Part shown: positions 8,416-18,227 of the stretch, one piece after another
Layout: every line of letters begins with the position of its first letter
Numbering within the stretch: the stretch's first letter is position 1
Source: a virus
Lineage: Duplodnaviria > Caudoviricetes
Strand: one strand, 5' to 3'
IMG/VR virus record: IMGVR_UViG_3300044580_000163
Span: 1 to 37,409 of that record
DNA: 37,409 nucleotides
Program-made: the position numbers and the translations under genes
The notes under the pieces: model-generated
What the model was told of the DNA's origin: nothing
The model's database searches: none
Seen by the model: the letters and a program-made list of their open reading frames with translations, nothing else

Positions 8416-10361
8416 TACAATCCCCTCCCCTGCGTCAGCGCGTATTCAGCCAGCGCCTGCGGCATGAAGATCCGTTGATTCTCCAGCTCGGACAATATCT
8501 GCTGCAGTAAGGCAGTTTGCTGGCCGTTCTGTTCCGAGCTTGTGGATGCCGCGCGCACGGAGCTTGCGGCGCCGCTGCTGGAGGCGTTCACATTGATCGC
8601 TGTGTTCAGGTCGGGCATGGTCAGTCCGTTGGCCAGCTTCTGCACCGATTGCAGGGGCAAATACACCATGTCATCGATGCCGTTGGCCAGACCGAACATC
8701 ATATTTTGGCCGATATCGAAGAAAACTCTTGACGGGCTGGCGATGCCCAGCGCGTTCTTGATCTTGGCCACGATCTTGTTCACGAATTCGACGATGTTGT
8801 CCCAGATGCGCGTGAACATCGATTTGAGTCCATCCCAGAACCCGGTCATCAGGTTGACGCCAGCCTGTTTGATCGCATCGAGGAGGGATCCTATCCCTTT
8901 GATCAACCCAACGACCAGGTCGATTCCGGCTTTGATGATCGCTGGTAGAGCCTCAATGATCGCAGATATGATCGCGAATGTAATTTGCGGGATCTGCATG
9001 GCCAGTTGTGGGATCGCGGAGATCAAACCGGTGATGAGAGCCATCATGATCTGCAGTGCAGCCTCGATGATCATCGGCAGGTTATTAAGCAGCACGTTCA
9101 CAATCGTCAGGATTATTGTCGGTAATTGAGCGATCAATTGCGGCAGCGCGCCAATGATTCCCTGCACCAGTCCCATCAAAATTGAGATCCCGGCTGTGAT
9201 GAGCGTGGGCAGGTTCGAGATAATGGCATTCAGAATTGACACCATCATTTGCACGATGGCAGGGATCAACTGCGGCAGCGCCATGCCAATTCCATTAGCC
9301 AGACCTGACACGATCTGCAAGGCTCCGTCTGCGAGCATGGGGAGGAGCTCCGTCAGCATCATCACCACGGAAATCACCAGGTCCACGATGGTTGGCATCA
9401 GAACAGGAATGGAGCTGACGATGCCGGAGATCAGGGCTTTGATGATGCCCAATCCTGTTTCCATCATGGTCGGCAGCATACCGGAAATATCGCTGACGAT
9501 GGATTTCACCAACAAGGTGCCAGCCTCTACCTTTTGCCCTGCCGTGAGCGTGCTATCACCCAGGATGGCGCTGAATTTCCCCATGTATCCGCCCACCATC
9601 CCCAGCACGTTGCTCACCGTGGGCGCAAAGATGACCGCCAGGTTGTTGGTGAGTCCGGTCAGACCGTTTTTCATGCGCTGCATCGCGTCATCCACGGACC
9701 CCAGCGCGTTGACCGCGTCGTTCGACATCACGTACCCCGTCGCAACCGCCTCATCGCCAAGCGCGGCCAGTTGATTGGTCCCGGCTTTGATGAGCGGATT
9801 CAGGTCCAGCGCGGATTTACCAAAAAGCGCCAGGCTCATTGCGTCGCGCTCAGCCTGGTTGTCTACCTGCCCCAACGCTCCGATGGCGTCCATCCAGACG
9901 TCGTTCGTCGCGCGCAGCTTGCCGTTCGCATCGTAAATGCTCACGCCCAGAGATTTGAAGATGGACGATTGTTCGCTGGCCGGGTCTTTTGCCGCGCTCA
10001 TGGCTTTGGTAAGGAACGTCAACGAGCCGGTCATGGTTTCGACCGGCACATCCACCAGCTCGGAGGCATACTGCAATTTTTGCAACTGCTCAACAGTGAT
10101 CCCGGTTTTTGCACTCAGAGCGAGAAGATCGTCCGCTCCGGACGCTGCCTTGATCGTCATACCCGCGATGGCGCTGGCTGCCCCAAGCGCGGCCCCTCCC
10201 ACCACGGCCACCGCGCCTGCAGCCCCGGCAGCCACATTCCCCATGCCTCCCAGGAACGAGTTGAAGGACCCGGCCTTCTTTTCCGACCGGTCCATCCCCT
10301 GATCGAATTCAGAGGTATCCAGCCCGAGCGATGCCATCAATTTTTCGAGCGCAGTGGCCAT
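8415..10361 (-). CDS. Tail tape measure protein
   Basis: 648 aa; Ala/Gly-rich helical; amphipathic ~11-residue repeats; LGIASPSRVF motif; follows the chaperones. Confidence 0.95.
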   Translation of the reverse strand: MATALEKLMASLGLDTSEFDQGMDRSEKKAGSFNSFLGGMGNVAAGAAGAVAVVGGAALGAASAIAGMTIKAASGADDLLALSAKTGITVEQLQKLQYASELVDVPVETMTGSLTFLTKAMSAAKDPASEQSSIFKSLGVSIYDANGKLRATNDVWMDAIGALGQVDNQAERDAMSLALFGKSALDLNPLIKAGTNQLAALGDEAVATGYVMSNDAVNALGSVDDAMQRMKNGLTGLTNNLAVIFAPTVSNVLGMVGGYMGKFSAILGDSTLTAGQKVEAGTLLVKSIVSDISGMLPTMMETGLGIIKALISGIVSSIPVLMPTIVDLVISVVMMLTELLPMLADGALQIVSGLANGIGMALPQLIPAIVQMMVSILNAIISNLPTLITAGISILMGLVQGIIGALPQLIAQLPTIILTIVNVLLNNLPMIIEAALQIMMALITGLISAIPQLAMQIPQITFAIISAIIEALPAIIKAGIDLVVGLIKGIGSLLDAIKQAGVNLMTGFWDGLKSMFTRIWDNIVEFVNKIVAKIKNALGIASPSRVFFDIGQNMMFGLANGIDDMVYLPLQSVQKLANGLTMPDLNTAINVNASSSGAASSVRAASTSSEQNGQQTALLQQILSELENQRIFMPQALAEYALTQGRGL

Positions 10362-10363
10362 GA

Positions 10364-10714
10364 TTACTTATCCTTCTTGCGTCTTTTCAAACCGATCGCG
10401 AAAGACTTGAACGCCTGGTATTCCTCTTTTGCGGTCCGTCTTTCTGGTGGCTTATCCGGGATGAACTGCATCATGAATTCCTTCAACTTGAGCGGTTCAT
10501 CACCCTTTTTGCGGAACAGATTGGTGACATGCATCGCGATATTCGCGGAAGTCATGTTCTCCATTTCGCTGCCCCACGGTTCGAGCGAGTAATACTGCAT
10601 CCATTCGATCAGCTCCGGCGCGTCGATCTCATCCAGTAATTGCCTGACGGTCTTTCCGAGGGCCAGAGCCAGGCGAAAATAGAACCTCCGCTCTGGCCTC
10701 TCGATCAGTTTTTT
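10364..10714 (-). CDS. Tail assembly chaperone gpT-like segment, reached by -1 frameshift
   Basis: -1 frame from A AAA AAC reads LIERPERRFYFRLALALGKTVRQLLDEIDAPELIEW into ORF 10364-10600 with no stop. Confidence 0.88.
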   Translation of the reverse strand, partial: KKLIERPERRFYFRLALALGKTVRQLLDEIDAPELIEWMQYYSLEPWGSEMENMTSANIAMHVTNLFRKKGDEPLKLKEFMMQFIPDKPPERRTAKEEYQAFKSFAIGLKRRKKDK

Positions 10715-11058
10715 AGGACGATCCCGGTTTCCGCGTCATCCAGACCATTGAGCTTCTGTGCCAGTTGGAACAGCCGCTGCAGCACACCGCCGCTCTTCTC
10801 GGCCAGGTCCTTGGCTTCATCATCCGTGAAGATGCGCCCGCCCTTCTCATCCACCAGGCACCGCACCAGGAACTTGGCCCTCATGTTTTCGATGTTCACC
10901 GCGCGTGCGTTGCCCTGCACCAGGAGCGATGCCTGAAAGGCGTCGAGCTCGCGCCCTTTCAGCACCTTGACGTAAACGGTCACGCCCCATTCGGGGACCT
11001 CGACCTTATGCGTCTGGATATCTTGAGCCTGCAGGATCTGCTCAGCCAGGGTAGCCAT
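10705..11058 (-). CDS. Tail assembly chaperone gpG-like
   Basis: VEVPEWG, CLVDEKGGRIF; lies between tail tube and tape measure; ends at the slippery site. Confidence 0.88.
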   Translation of the reverse strand: MATLAEQILQAQDIQTHKVEVPEWGVTVYVKVLKGRELDAFQASLLVQGNARAVNIENMRAKFLVRCLVDEKGGRIFTDDEAKDLAEKSGGVLQRLFQLAQKLNGLDDAETGIVLKN

Positions 11059-11060
11059 GT

Positions 11061-11489
11061 TTACACGCTCCCGGTGTCGATTGTGGGCTCGCCGTCGATC
11101 TCGATCTCGACCTTGCAGCGGTACACGCCATCCTGTTTCGATTCGCGTCCCATCTTCGCGATCTGTCCGTCAAAGGTGATGACTTCTGTGCCTTCGGGAT
11201 CTTCGATACTCATGGACACGGATGCGGTCGCATCGAACGCAGCGGTCACCGCGGCGTGTGTGGTGGCTGTCGCCACCCAAACCAGCGTGCCTTTGATCGC
11301 GCTGGCTTCGCGGCGTCCGGTATCGATCTTGCGTGGATACCCGCCCGGGTCATCGTGGCATTTGACGGTTGCCAGCACCTTGCTCAATTCTGGATAATCG
11401 ACTTCCTCCAGGTGTGTGATCGCGGTCAGCGCGTTCGAGACTGTGATCTTGAGCTTCACACCAAATCCACCTACAATCTGATCGGTCAT
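11061..11489 (-). CDS. Major tail (tube) protein
   Basis: 142 aa beta-rich; synteny; C-terminal IDGEPT. Confidence 0.8.
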   Translation of the reverse strand: MTDQIVGGFGVKLKITVSNALTAITHLEEVDYPELSKVLATVKCHDDPGGYPRKIDTGRREASAIKGTLVWVATATTHAAVTAAFDATASVSMSIEDPEGTEVITFDGQIAKMGRESKQDGVYRCKVEIEIDGEPTIDTGSV

Positions 11490-11498
11490 TGCTTCCTC

Positions 11499-11939
11499 CT
11501 ATATGCTCCAGTCCCCATCGTCTTCGCCGCCGTCAAGCACCGCGTAGACCATGAAGTCCTGGTTGATCCAAAATAATCCGCTCTCCACATCACTATCATC
11601 ATTGGGATGCTGAGCCCGGACGCTTGCCTTGATCTTCGTGTCTCCATCCCCCAGTTCGCCGCGGAATCCATCCAAAATACTTTCGATGAGCGCCGCGATC
11701 TGTTTTGCCCTGAGCAGCGTGCTCGCTTTGCTGATCACCTGGATGCGGCTGGTCTTCGCGTAAGCAGATTCATCGTGGCATCCCTGCTGCGTTCCGCTGA
11801 TCAGGATCATCGCCACCGCTGGATAAACGCATTGCTTCGGGAAGATCCCGCCCGGGTAGACGCGATCGCTGACCTCAGCCTGGACCGCCGAATTGTGCAG
11901 CAAATGCTGCATCATTGCGGTTTCGGGATCCCTTGTCAT
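11499..11939 (-). CDS. Tail terminator/completion protein (DUF3168-like)
   Basis: DRVYP...YPAV, RIQV, LDGFRG motifs; synteny. Confidence 0.8.
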   Translation of the reverse strand: MTRDPETAMMQHLLHNSAVQAEVSDRVYPGGIFPKQCVYPAVAMILISGTQQGCHDESAYAKTSRIQVISKASTLLRAKQIAALIESILDGFRGELGDGDTKIKASVRAQHPNDDSDVESGLFWINQDFMVYAVLDGGEDDGDWSI

Positions 11940-12505
11940 GCGCCTGCCTCCTCCCGGATGGCTTTATCGATCACAGCGGCCATTGCCGCGTTGATCTCAC
12001 TTTTATGCTCATCCATCGCCGGTCTCAAGAACGGACGCGGCGGTAAAGTGACCGATGTTTTCATGGCATAGATCGGCTCATCCGCGTCGTTCATCAGCAC
12101 CCCACCGGCATTTGTGCCAACGAAGTGCAGATCTTCCGGGTACTCCTTTGGTGAAGCGCATTTTTTCGCGGCGCTGGTAAGCGGGATTGCCAGAAACCTG
12201 CCGTTGACCGGCTTGATCGTCCCGCCCAGCTCTTGAATCCGTGCATGGTTCGAATTGAACGTCAGCGTGCCGGTTGCCTCTCCGCCTGAACTCTTCACCT
12301 CGACCTTGCGGTCCTTGGCCATGATCCCGGTCTGCTTGTTCGAGAAGTTTTCGGTGATATTCACCACCGCGTTTCCCTCGATCACCCGGATCCCGGCTTC
12401 GACGGCGTCCTTTGACGCACGATTGCGTACCCGCGCGGCAATTCCCTTCAACTGGCGGTTGAACGAGTCGAAATTTTTGATATAAACGCCGTTTTTGTTG
12501 CTCAT
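11936..12505 (-). CDS. HK97 gp10-like neck/tail component
   Basis: HARIQELGG and PPRPFLRPA motifs. Confidence 0.8.
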   Translation of the reverse strand: MSNKNGVYIKNFDSFNRQLKGIAARVRNRASKDAVEAGIRVIEGNAVVNITENFSNKQTGIMAKDRKVEVKSSGGEATGTLTFNSNHARIQELGGTIKPVNGRFLAIPLTSAAKKCASPKEYPEDLHFVGTNAGGVLMNDADEPIYAMKTSVTLPPRPFLRPAMDEHKSEINAAMAAVIDKAIREEAGA

Positions 12506-12879
12506 TCCACCTTCTTCAAGAGCAGACGTGTTGCCGTTGGTCCAAATTGAACGGGTCCAACCACCGAGAATTCCAAAACCGCTGCGAGTGATTCGCCTGC
12601 TTTCTTCGTGAACTTGATATGGTCCAGGCTCGTAACCACCGTGCCTACCGGTAATCTGATCGAGGCGTCGTAGACCACCTGGGCGCCTTGGGGGTTATAC
12701 CGTTCACTTCCGGACCGTAGATCGAACCCGCATTTCGTCGGTGTCGTCTCGTCTGTGAACTTGGCGACCTTCTCGTTCAACTTGTTACTGCTGGAGGAAT
12801 AGACAGAGATAACGCACTCATCGAACATGTGCGCTTCCTGGACAGCTCTCATCCTCGCCAGATCAGACGCTGAGTTCAT
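12502..12879 (-). CDS. Head closure (stopper) protein
   Basis: 125 aa beta-rich; synteny; IRLPVGT motif. Confidence 0.65.
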   Translation of the reverse strand: MNSASDLARMRAVQEAHMFDECVISVYSSSSNKLNEKVAKFTDETTPTKCGFDLRSGSERYNPQGAQVVYDASIRLPVGTVVTSLDHIKFTKKAGESLAAVLEFSVVGPVQFGPTATRLLLKKVE

Positions 12880-13255
12880 CGTCCTCCACCCTCGCCCTGG
12901 ATTCCAGCGGCCACTTGATTAATCGCACACTTCTCGCGCTGCGCCTTGAGGCGTAAAACCTTGACTGCGCCATCGCGTGATCATATTGCTGTGAGTCTGA
13001 ATAGCTTGCCCCGTCCGCGTTGAAGTCTGTGTTCCCGGTCAGTAGGTTCGCTTTCTCGGTCCAGATCTCAGCGGCTGCCGCGTTGAAGTCGTAGGTCGGG
13101 ATCCAGTCATCGTTGTCCGGGTCCCTGCCGTATTTATCCGGCAGCGCGCAGGCTTCCACGTATTCAGCCAGCACCTCATCGGTATAGACCGTCGAGGTTT
13201 CCGCTTCGGCGATCATCCGTCTCAATCTTGCGATCTCGGCATCTGTGATGGTCAT
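12863..13255 (-). CDS. Head-tail connector (adaptor) protein
   Basis: Likely start MTITDAEIARLRRMI at 13255 (GGAGG RBS, ATGA overlap); YDFNAAAAEIW motif; synteny. Confidence 0.72.
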   Translation of the reverse strand: MTITDAEIARLRRMIAEAETSTVYTDEVLAEYVEACALPDKYGRDPDNDDWIPTYDFNAAAAEIWTEKANLLTGNTDFNADGASYSDSQQYDHAMAQSRFYASRRSARSVRLIKWPLESRARVEDDELSV

Positions 13256-14193
13256 AAATACGCCTCCAGCCGTGAAACGAACTTTTTCGGACCAAAAGGT
13301 TCTCCGATGAAAAGCTCGCGCCATTTTTGAATCTCATCATCCGAGCTGATCGCTCTCTTGATGAGGGCATCCGTATCTCGTTCAGCCAGGATGTCCAGCG
13401 GATACATCAAAAGATCGCGGTATTTCTTCCAGTGCTTCACGTACCTGAAATTGGAGTCATCGTTTCCGCTGCGAGGGGCAACATCTTCGCCCATCATCAG
13501 GGTTGGTTTGCCGCGCGCCACAGCAAGGTAAGCAAAGGTTTGGTGTCCGATGACCAGGTCGGCCTGGTCAATGTCTGCCGTGGATTGGTCCGCGTGACCG
13601 CGTGTATAAACCACACCATCCTTTGCATCCAGGCCGCATTCGCCCAGCGTGTGCAAAAACCTGACCGTCAACTCGACCTTGTTCTTTTTGCACCAGGAAA
13701 AGATCTTCGCGAACGCGGATGCGTTGATCTTCTTGTCCATATCGCTCAACCATCCGTTCGCGTTGGGGTGGATCGGGCCAAATACCACGCTTCGGATCTC
13801 GTTCACCGGAGTGAAGGGCTTGATCTTGCAAAAGCTCCATCCCACCACTTCCACCGGCTTCCCGATATCGAAACTCTCCATCACCATCCGCCCGCCTTCC
13901 GCGTGGGTGAACAGACAGCGGATTCCTGGGTTGATCTCGATGATCCCGTCATACTGCACCATCGGCCTTGCCGCGTGCGGGTATTGGAACAAAGGGATTC
14001 CACGCCCCTGCAGTTCTTCGACCGCTTTACTCCAGCCGAAGCCGCCGTGTCCTGAATCCAGGTCATAGAGCGCGAAGCGTGGTGGGGTCCGCGGATTACT
14101 GCTCTTGCGGTACCCTGCAGCGAAGAGAGCCTCTTGATAGGCTTGCTCTTTTCCTTGATGTGGACGAAGGACGTAGAATCCCTTGAAGTTCAT
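13252..14193 (-). CDS. Putative GT-B-fold glycosyltransferase-like enzyme inside the head module
   Basis: QYPHA, VEVVGW, TVRFLH and DQADLVIGHQTFAYLAVARGKPTL resemble GT-B donor-binding motifs; AAGGAG RBS. Confidence 0.6.
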   Translation of the reverse strand: MNFKGFYVLRPHQGKEQAYQEALFAAGYRKSSNPRTPPRFALYDLDSGHGGFGWSKAVEELQGRGIPLFQYPHAARPMVQYDGIIEINPGIRCLFTHAEGGRMVMESFDIGKPVEVVGWSFCKIKPFTPVNEIRSVVFGPIHPNANGWLSDMDKKINASAFAKIFSWCKKNKVELTVRFLHTLGECGLDAKDGVVYTRGHADQSTADIDQADLVIGHQTFAYLAVARGKPTLMMGEDVAPRSGNDDSNFRYVKHWKKYRDLLMYPLDILAERDTDALIKRAISSDDEIQKWRELFIGEPFGPKKFVSRLEAYL

Positions 14194-14206
14194 CTCAATT
14201 CGCTCC

Positions 14207-15169
14207 TTAGCTCGATGCGGCGGGAGTGAGCATGGCGAACGGATAGCGCGTGGCTTTCGCCTTGACCCGGTTGGCCGGATTCGGCAAAGCCCAGGCCAGG
14301 CGCATGGTGCAGCGCAGGGCGACCATGTTCTGCTGTGCCAGGTTGTAAACGATGGCCTTGGTGGTCGGATCCTGGATCACGGCTTCCTTCAAAAGATCGA
14401 AGGTGACGTCCTGGCGAACGGAGTAGACCAACTTGCTCCAATCGCCGGTGAAGAGCATGGTTTTGCTGTCATCGATCGCCCCGTTGAGCGGGAAGTCGAT
14501 CGGGCTGCCATCGAGTGAGTAATCGCCAGCGCTCTGCATGGATGGCATGAAGATCGGGCGATTGAGATCGTCCTTGACGTCTCGCAGCTCACCGCGCATG
14601 GAGAGGGCGCCGATGTGCGCGGTCGGGAAGTAACCCATCGCTTCCACCTTGCTGATCACACCGGTCTTTCCGAGCAGGCTGGCATAGACGTCGGCACCGA
14701 GAGCGACCGAAGTGCTCTTGGCCACGCAGCCGTCATAGATCGAAGTCGGCCAGTTGGTCGGTTTGTTTGTGCCGTAAAGCACTGCACCGTCGAAAACGAT
14801 GCCCATGGCTTCAAGCACGCTCGGCTTGACTTCGCCCCAGATGTCGAAGTTGGCATCGTCCAGGTATTTCTTCGGGATGGGCACGATGCAGGCGATCTCT
14901 TCAGCGTAGAGGACAACATTCGTCCACTCTTCGTTGGTCGCGTGATAGAAGCCCTTCTCCCCAGAGCTGTCTGATGGTTTCCCATCGACGAAATAGGCGA
15001 GCGGCAGCGCGTCGAGCACGGGCAGTTTTGAAGTGCCGGAGGCCATGTTCGGCAGGCGGCGAGCCCGCTTCATCACGGCTGAGTTCTGTGAGATTTCCTT
15101 GACGATTTCTTGCTTGATCTCAACAGGGATCAAAACATCAAGATTGGTGTCGGTAATTGAGGTTCCCAT
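14207..15169 (-). CDS. Major capsid protein, HK97 fold
   Basis: LIPVE, EEIACIVPI, LDD, DGAVLYG, GDWS, NLAQQNMVALR. Confidence 0.95.
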   Translation of the reverse strand: MGTSITDTNLDVLIPVEIKQEIVKEISQNSAVMKRARRLPNMASGTSKLPVLDALPLAYFVDGKPSDSSGEKGFYHATNEEWTNVVLYAEEIACIVPIPKKYLDDANFDIWGEVKPSVLEAMGIVFDGAVLYGTNKPTNWPTSIYDGCVAKSTSVALGADVYASLLGKTGVISKVEAMGYFPTAHIGALSMRGELRDVKDDLNRPIFMPSMQSAGDYSLDGSPIDFPLNGAIDDSKTMLFTGDWSKLVYSVRQDVTFDLLKEAVIQDPTTKAIVYNLAQQNMVALRCTMRLAWALPNPANRVKAKATRYPFAMLTPAASS

Positions 15170-15205
15170 TCAAATCCTCCAACCTTTTCAGGTTTATTTG
15201 ATTGA

Positions 15206-15805
15206 CTATTGGGCAGCGTTGCGAATAAGGTCATTCATATTCGTTGGCTTGCCGCCATTGTTCGTCCCATCGCCGCCATTTCCATCAGGCACCTTTGGAC
15301 CGAACAGTTCCGGGGCGTCGGCTTTCAGCGCTTCCCAGTCAGCCGCCCCGTTCCGCTTGAAATACTTGTCTGGATCCGCCTGCGCCAGCGCGTAAGCTGC
15401 CTTGAGGTTGTGGCAGCCGATCTCCGGCTTGACCGCTTCCTCAATGAAGTTTGAGCGCTTGTCGGCGATATCCAGTTTGACCAGGGCGTCGTTCAGAGCT
15501 TTCTCCAGCTCGGAGCCCTTCTCTGCTTTCGGCAATAAGGCCTTGAGCTGCTCTTGCAGCCCGTTTCGCTCCTCTCGAGTGGCCTTGACCGTGTTGTTCA
15601 AGCCCTGGACATGCTCGTCGTAAGCCTTGCGTTGATCCTCCGGCAGCGCCTTGTAGATCTCATCCCAGCTTTTCACAGCCTGTTGCTGTTGAGATTGGTT
15701 TTGCTGGCCTTGTTGCTGTGTTTGGCCCTGCTGGCCCTGGCCCTGTTGGCCCTGACCCTGTTGCCCTTGCTGTTGGTTCTGTTGCTGATTGTTATCTCCG
15801 GGCAT
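15206..15805 (-). CDS. Capsid scaffolding protein with Gln/Gly-rich N-terminus
   Basis: Coiled-coil character; LKADAPELF; GNGGDG...MNDLIR end; AAGGAGG RBS favours start 15805. Confidence 0.8.
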   Translation of the reverse strand: MPGDNNQQQNQQQGQQGQGQQGQGQQGQTQQQGQQNQSQQQQAVKSWDEIYKALPEDQRKAYDEHVQGLNNTVKATREERNGLQEQLKALLPKAEKGSELEKALNDALVKLDIADKRSNFIEEAVKPEIGCHNLKAAYALAQADPDKYFKRNGAADWEALKADAPELFGPKVPDGNGGDGTNNGGKPTNMNDLIRNAAQ

Positions 15806-15858
15806 CTCGCCCTCCTTTTTCAAATATCCGGCTTCTCACCGGTGAATCACATGTCATT

Positions 15859-15905
15859 CCCCTCGCCTATCCCAAAGGGATGGGAGAGGGGTGCAGGGGT
15901 GAGGG
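15859..15905. repeat. REP-like palindromic repeat, CCCTCACCCC...CCCTCTCCC family (copy 1)
   Basis: cccctcgcctatcccaaagggatgggagaggggtgcaggggtgaggg; shares ccctcgcctatc...gatgggagaggg...ggggtgaggg with 22822-22878. Confidence 0.8.
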
Positions 15906-15906
15906 A

Positions 15907-16896
15907 TTATCCTCCTGCGTTCCACCTTGGGGTTTTTCCCCATTCCGCGCTGTCTTGTTTCGAAACCAGGTCAGTGAGGTCAACCTCACCCGCCTTCCAT
16001 TGCTCATACAATTCCGGTCCGAGTTTCGCCTCCTGTTCCTCCGGGCTCAGCGTAACAAACCAATCCTGCCCGGTTTGCCACTTCGGCGCGCCAACCCCTA
16101 CCACCTCGGGGACTGCCTGGCATTTCCCTGCCGGATGATCGTCCAGCTCCTTGCCCTTGTCGAAATGCTCCCCGTCCAGCATCAGGCAGGCCATGCAGGC
16201 CGTTCCCTTGTTCACCAGCCTGCGAAAACCCATCACCACGCCCGATTCCGCGTATTCCTGCGATTGGGCGCTGCGGTAAGTCCTTGACATCTCGGTTCGA
16301 GCGATCAGCAGGGCACGGTCCAGACCTCCGCCCATCCCCTGCGTCATTTCCGCCGCCACCTGCACCGGGCTTGACCCCCGCGCGATTCCATTGATCAATG
16401 CGTTCGTCAACCCGTCGAGCGCGTCCGGATAATCCAGCTTAAGCAGACTGTTCAACGGACTCCCGTTTCCGAGATATCCGATCATCGTCTGCAGCGCTGA
16501 CTCGTTCAGTACCTTGAAGTTGGGACCGAAGCCGACCATGTACGACGCTCTGATGGCATCGCTGGCCGATTGGATTCCCAGCATCCCGAATTCTCCCTGG
16601 CTGGTGCCGATCTTCTCGATCAGGTAATCGCGGTTGTAGGCCTTGAGCGCGTCTTCCAGGTTCCCCTTGAGGATCTTGTACCGCTCTTCCTTCCAGATCA
16701 TCTGCTGCGTGATCGCTTTGCCTTCTCCCGCGCGCTGCGCCATCACCGCCTGCAGAGCCGCGATATCCCCATCCAGGCGCTTTTCGATCTCTAACCAGCG
16801 CTTTGCCATGTCTTCCATCACTTCCAGCTCTTTGGCTGCCATGGCCTGGCGGTATTCGCGGATCACTCTGACGACGCGCGGCTCATCCGGGTTCAT
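15907..16896 (-). CDS. Minor head morphogenesis protein (SPP1 gp7/MuF-like)
   Basis: RALLIARTE, CMAC..LDG, HPAGKC; lies between portal and scaffold. Confidence 0.88.
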   Translation of the reverse strand: MNPDEPRVVRVIREYRQAMAAKELEVMEDMAKRWLEIEKRLDGDIAALQAVMAQRAGEGKAITQQMIWKEERYKILKGNLEDALKAYNRDYLIEKIGTSQGEFGMLGIQSASDAIRASYMVGFGPNFKVLNESALQTMIGYLGNGSPLNSLLKLDYPDALDGLTNALINGIARGSSPVQVAAEMTQGMGGGLDRALLIARTEMSRTYRSAQSQEYAESGVVMGFRRLVNKGTACMACLMLDGEHFDKGKELDDHPAGKCQAVPEVVGVGAPKWQTGQDWFVTLSPEEQEAKLGPELYEQWKAGEVDLTDLVSKQDSAEWGKTPRWNAGG

Positions 16897-18227
16897 TCGG
16901 TCGGAACTCCTTCTTCGACGGGCGGAACTTCATTGTTCGCGTCGGCATTCTTTCTGGCCGATTCCAAAAGGCTCTTGGCCAGGCTGCTTTTCGCTTTTTC
17001 TTCCTCCGCCTTATCCTTGTCCATCTGGGCCAGTTCGGCTTTGCTCCATCCCTGTTTTCTCAGGACGGTTTTGACCGGAATTCCCGAGCTGACCGCGAAG
17101 TTCACCGCCTGCATCTCTGCGATCGGTTGTTCCGAGCGCGTCCGTCCCCACACTGGCTGTACGTCTCGTGAGGACACCGGGAAATTTTCGAGCTTAAGCA
17201 TGAAGATCACGATCTCTTTCCAGGTCTTGGAGAAATTCGCGATCAGTTTATCCACCTTGTGTGCCAGCGGTGCTTCCATCGCGATCAGCGCGTCCCCGCT
17301 CACCCCGGCGCCCACGTCCACCAGGTAATTTTTCGGCGTTCTCGTGACGATCGATACATAGTTCGCCAGCTTGTCGATGCTGTTGAAATACTTCGTAAGG
17401 TCTTCGCCGCTGAACTCGCCCACCTGGGTCGCTTGGCCAACTCCATCACCGGCAGGGATATTCCAGATTTGATTCGGCGCGTTTTTCAATTGATCCATAT
17501 CCGCGTTCGATATCACCCAACGCTGTTTGAACGCCCCAAATTCCGCGGCCACCATCATGTCGCTGAACAATTTGTTGATCGCGTCCTGCACGCTGAGCAC
17601 GTTCTCGATCTCGCCCTTGCAGCGAAAATGGAATACCGGGATCTCGCCGTAAGGATTCCTCGCGTCCACTTTCTCTTTCTTGAACGCCGTCGCGCTTTGG
17701 GCGTCCTTGTTCTCAGACACCCAGTATTCCAGGCGGTCTGGGTAATAAAGCGTGATATGCCATTTCTCCAGCTCATCCATCCACCACTTTGCGGCAAACC
17801 GTTTTATCTTCGGGTTGTCGGACCGGTAGAAGATCTGGCACATCCGCGCCGGGTTGTGATACATCTGCGGGATTCCAAGCTCATTTGGCCAGACGATCAC
17901 GAACGATTCACTCTGGATCAGGGCGTCGCGGTGGACCTCGTCTGCGTCCAGCCACAGGTCGTTGTTCTTCCAGATGGCGTCGATCGCTTCATCCGCGCTC
18001 TTGTCGTTCAACACGTCGAATTCTTTCAGGTTCATCCGGTCCAGCGTGGATTCGACCACCACCGCGCACCAGTTTTCCTCGAACCTTGTCAGCTTATCGC
18101 CGAACGCCTCTCGCAATCTCGCGGCGCTGTAGACCAGCTCCTCCGTGCCATCGTAATATTTCTGATTGCGCGTGCAGGCAAGCTGCTTGCTTTGAAGTAC
18201 CTTGAATGCTCTTTCCAGATCGTTCAT
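16893..18227 (-). CDS. Portal protein (SPP1 gp6-like)
   Basis: YYDG, ENWCAVVV, NPYGEIPV, QDAINK, SGDAL motifs. Confidence 0.92.
   Translation of the reverse strand: MNDLERAFKVLQSKQLACTRNQKYYDGTEELVYSAARLREAFGDKLTRFEENWCAVVVESTLDRMNLKEFDVLNDKSADEAIDAIWKNNDLWLDADEVHRDALIQSESFVIVWPNELGIPQMYHNPARMCQIFYRSDNPKIKRFAAKWWMDELEKWHITLYYPDRLEYWVSENKDAQSATAFKKEKVDARNPYGEIPVFHFRCKGEIENVLSVQDAINKLFSDMMVAAEFGAFKQRWVISNADMDQLKNAPNQIWNIPAGDGVGQATQVGEFSGEDLTKYFNSIDKLANYVSIVTRTPKNYLVDVGAGVSGDALIAMEAPLAHKVDKLIANFSKTWKEIVIFMLKLENFPVSSRDVQPVWGRTRSEQPIAEMQAVNFAVSSGIPVKTVLRKQGWSKAELAQMDKDKAEEEKAKSSLAKSLLESARKNADANNEVPPVEEGVPTE

Noticed and set aside
9534-10592. Long plus-strand ORFs (e.g. 9534-10592, 17259-18236, 31786-32700)
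   Set aside because: Antisense shadows of well-supported GC-rich minus-strand genes, with no recognisable motifs
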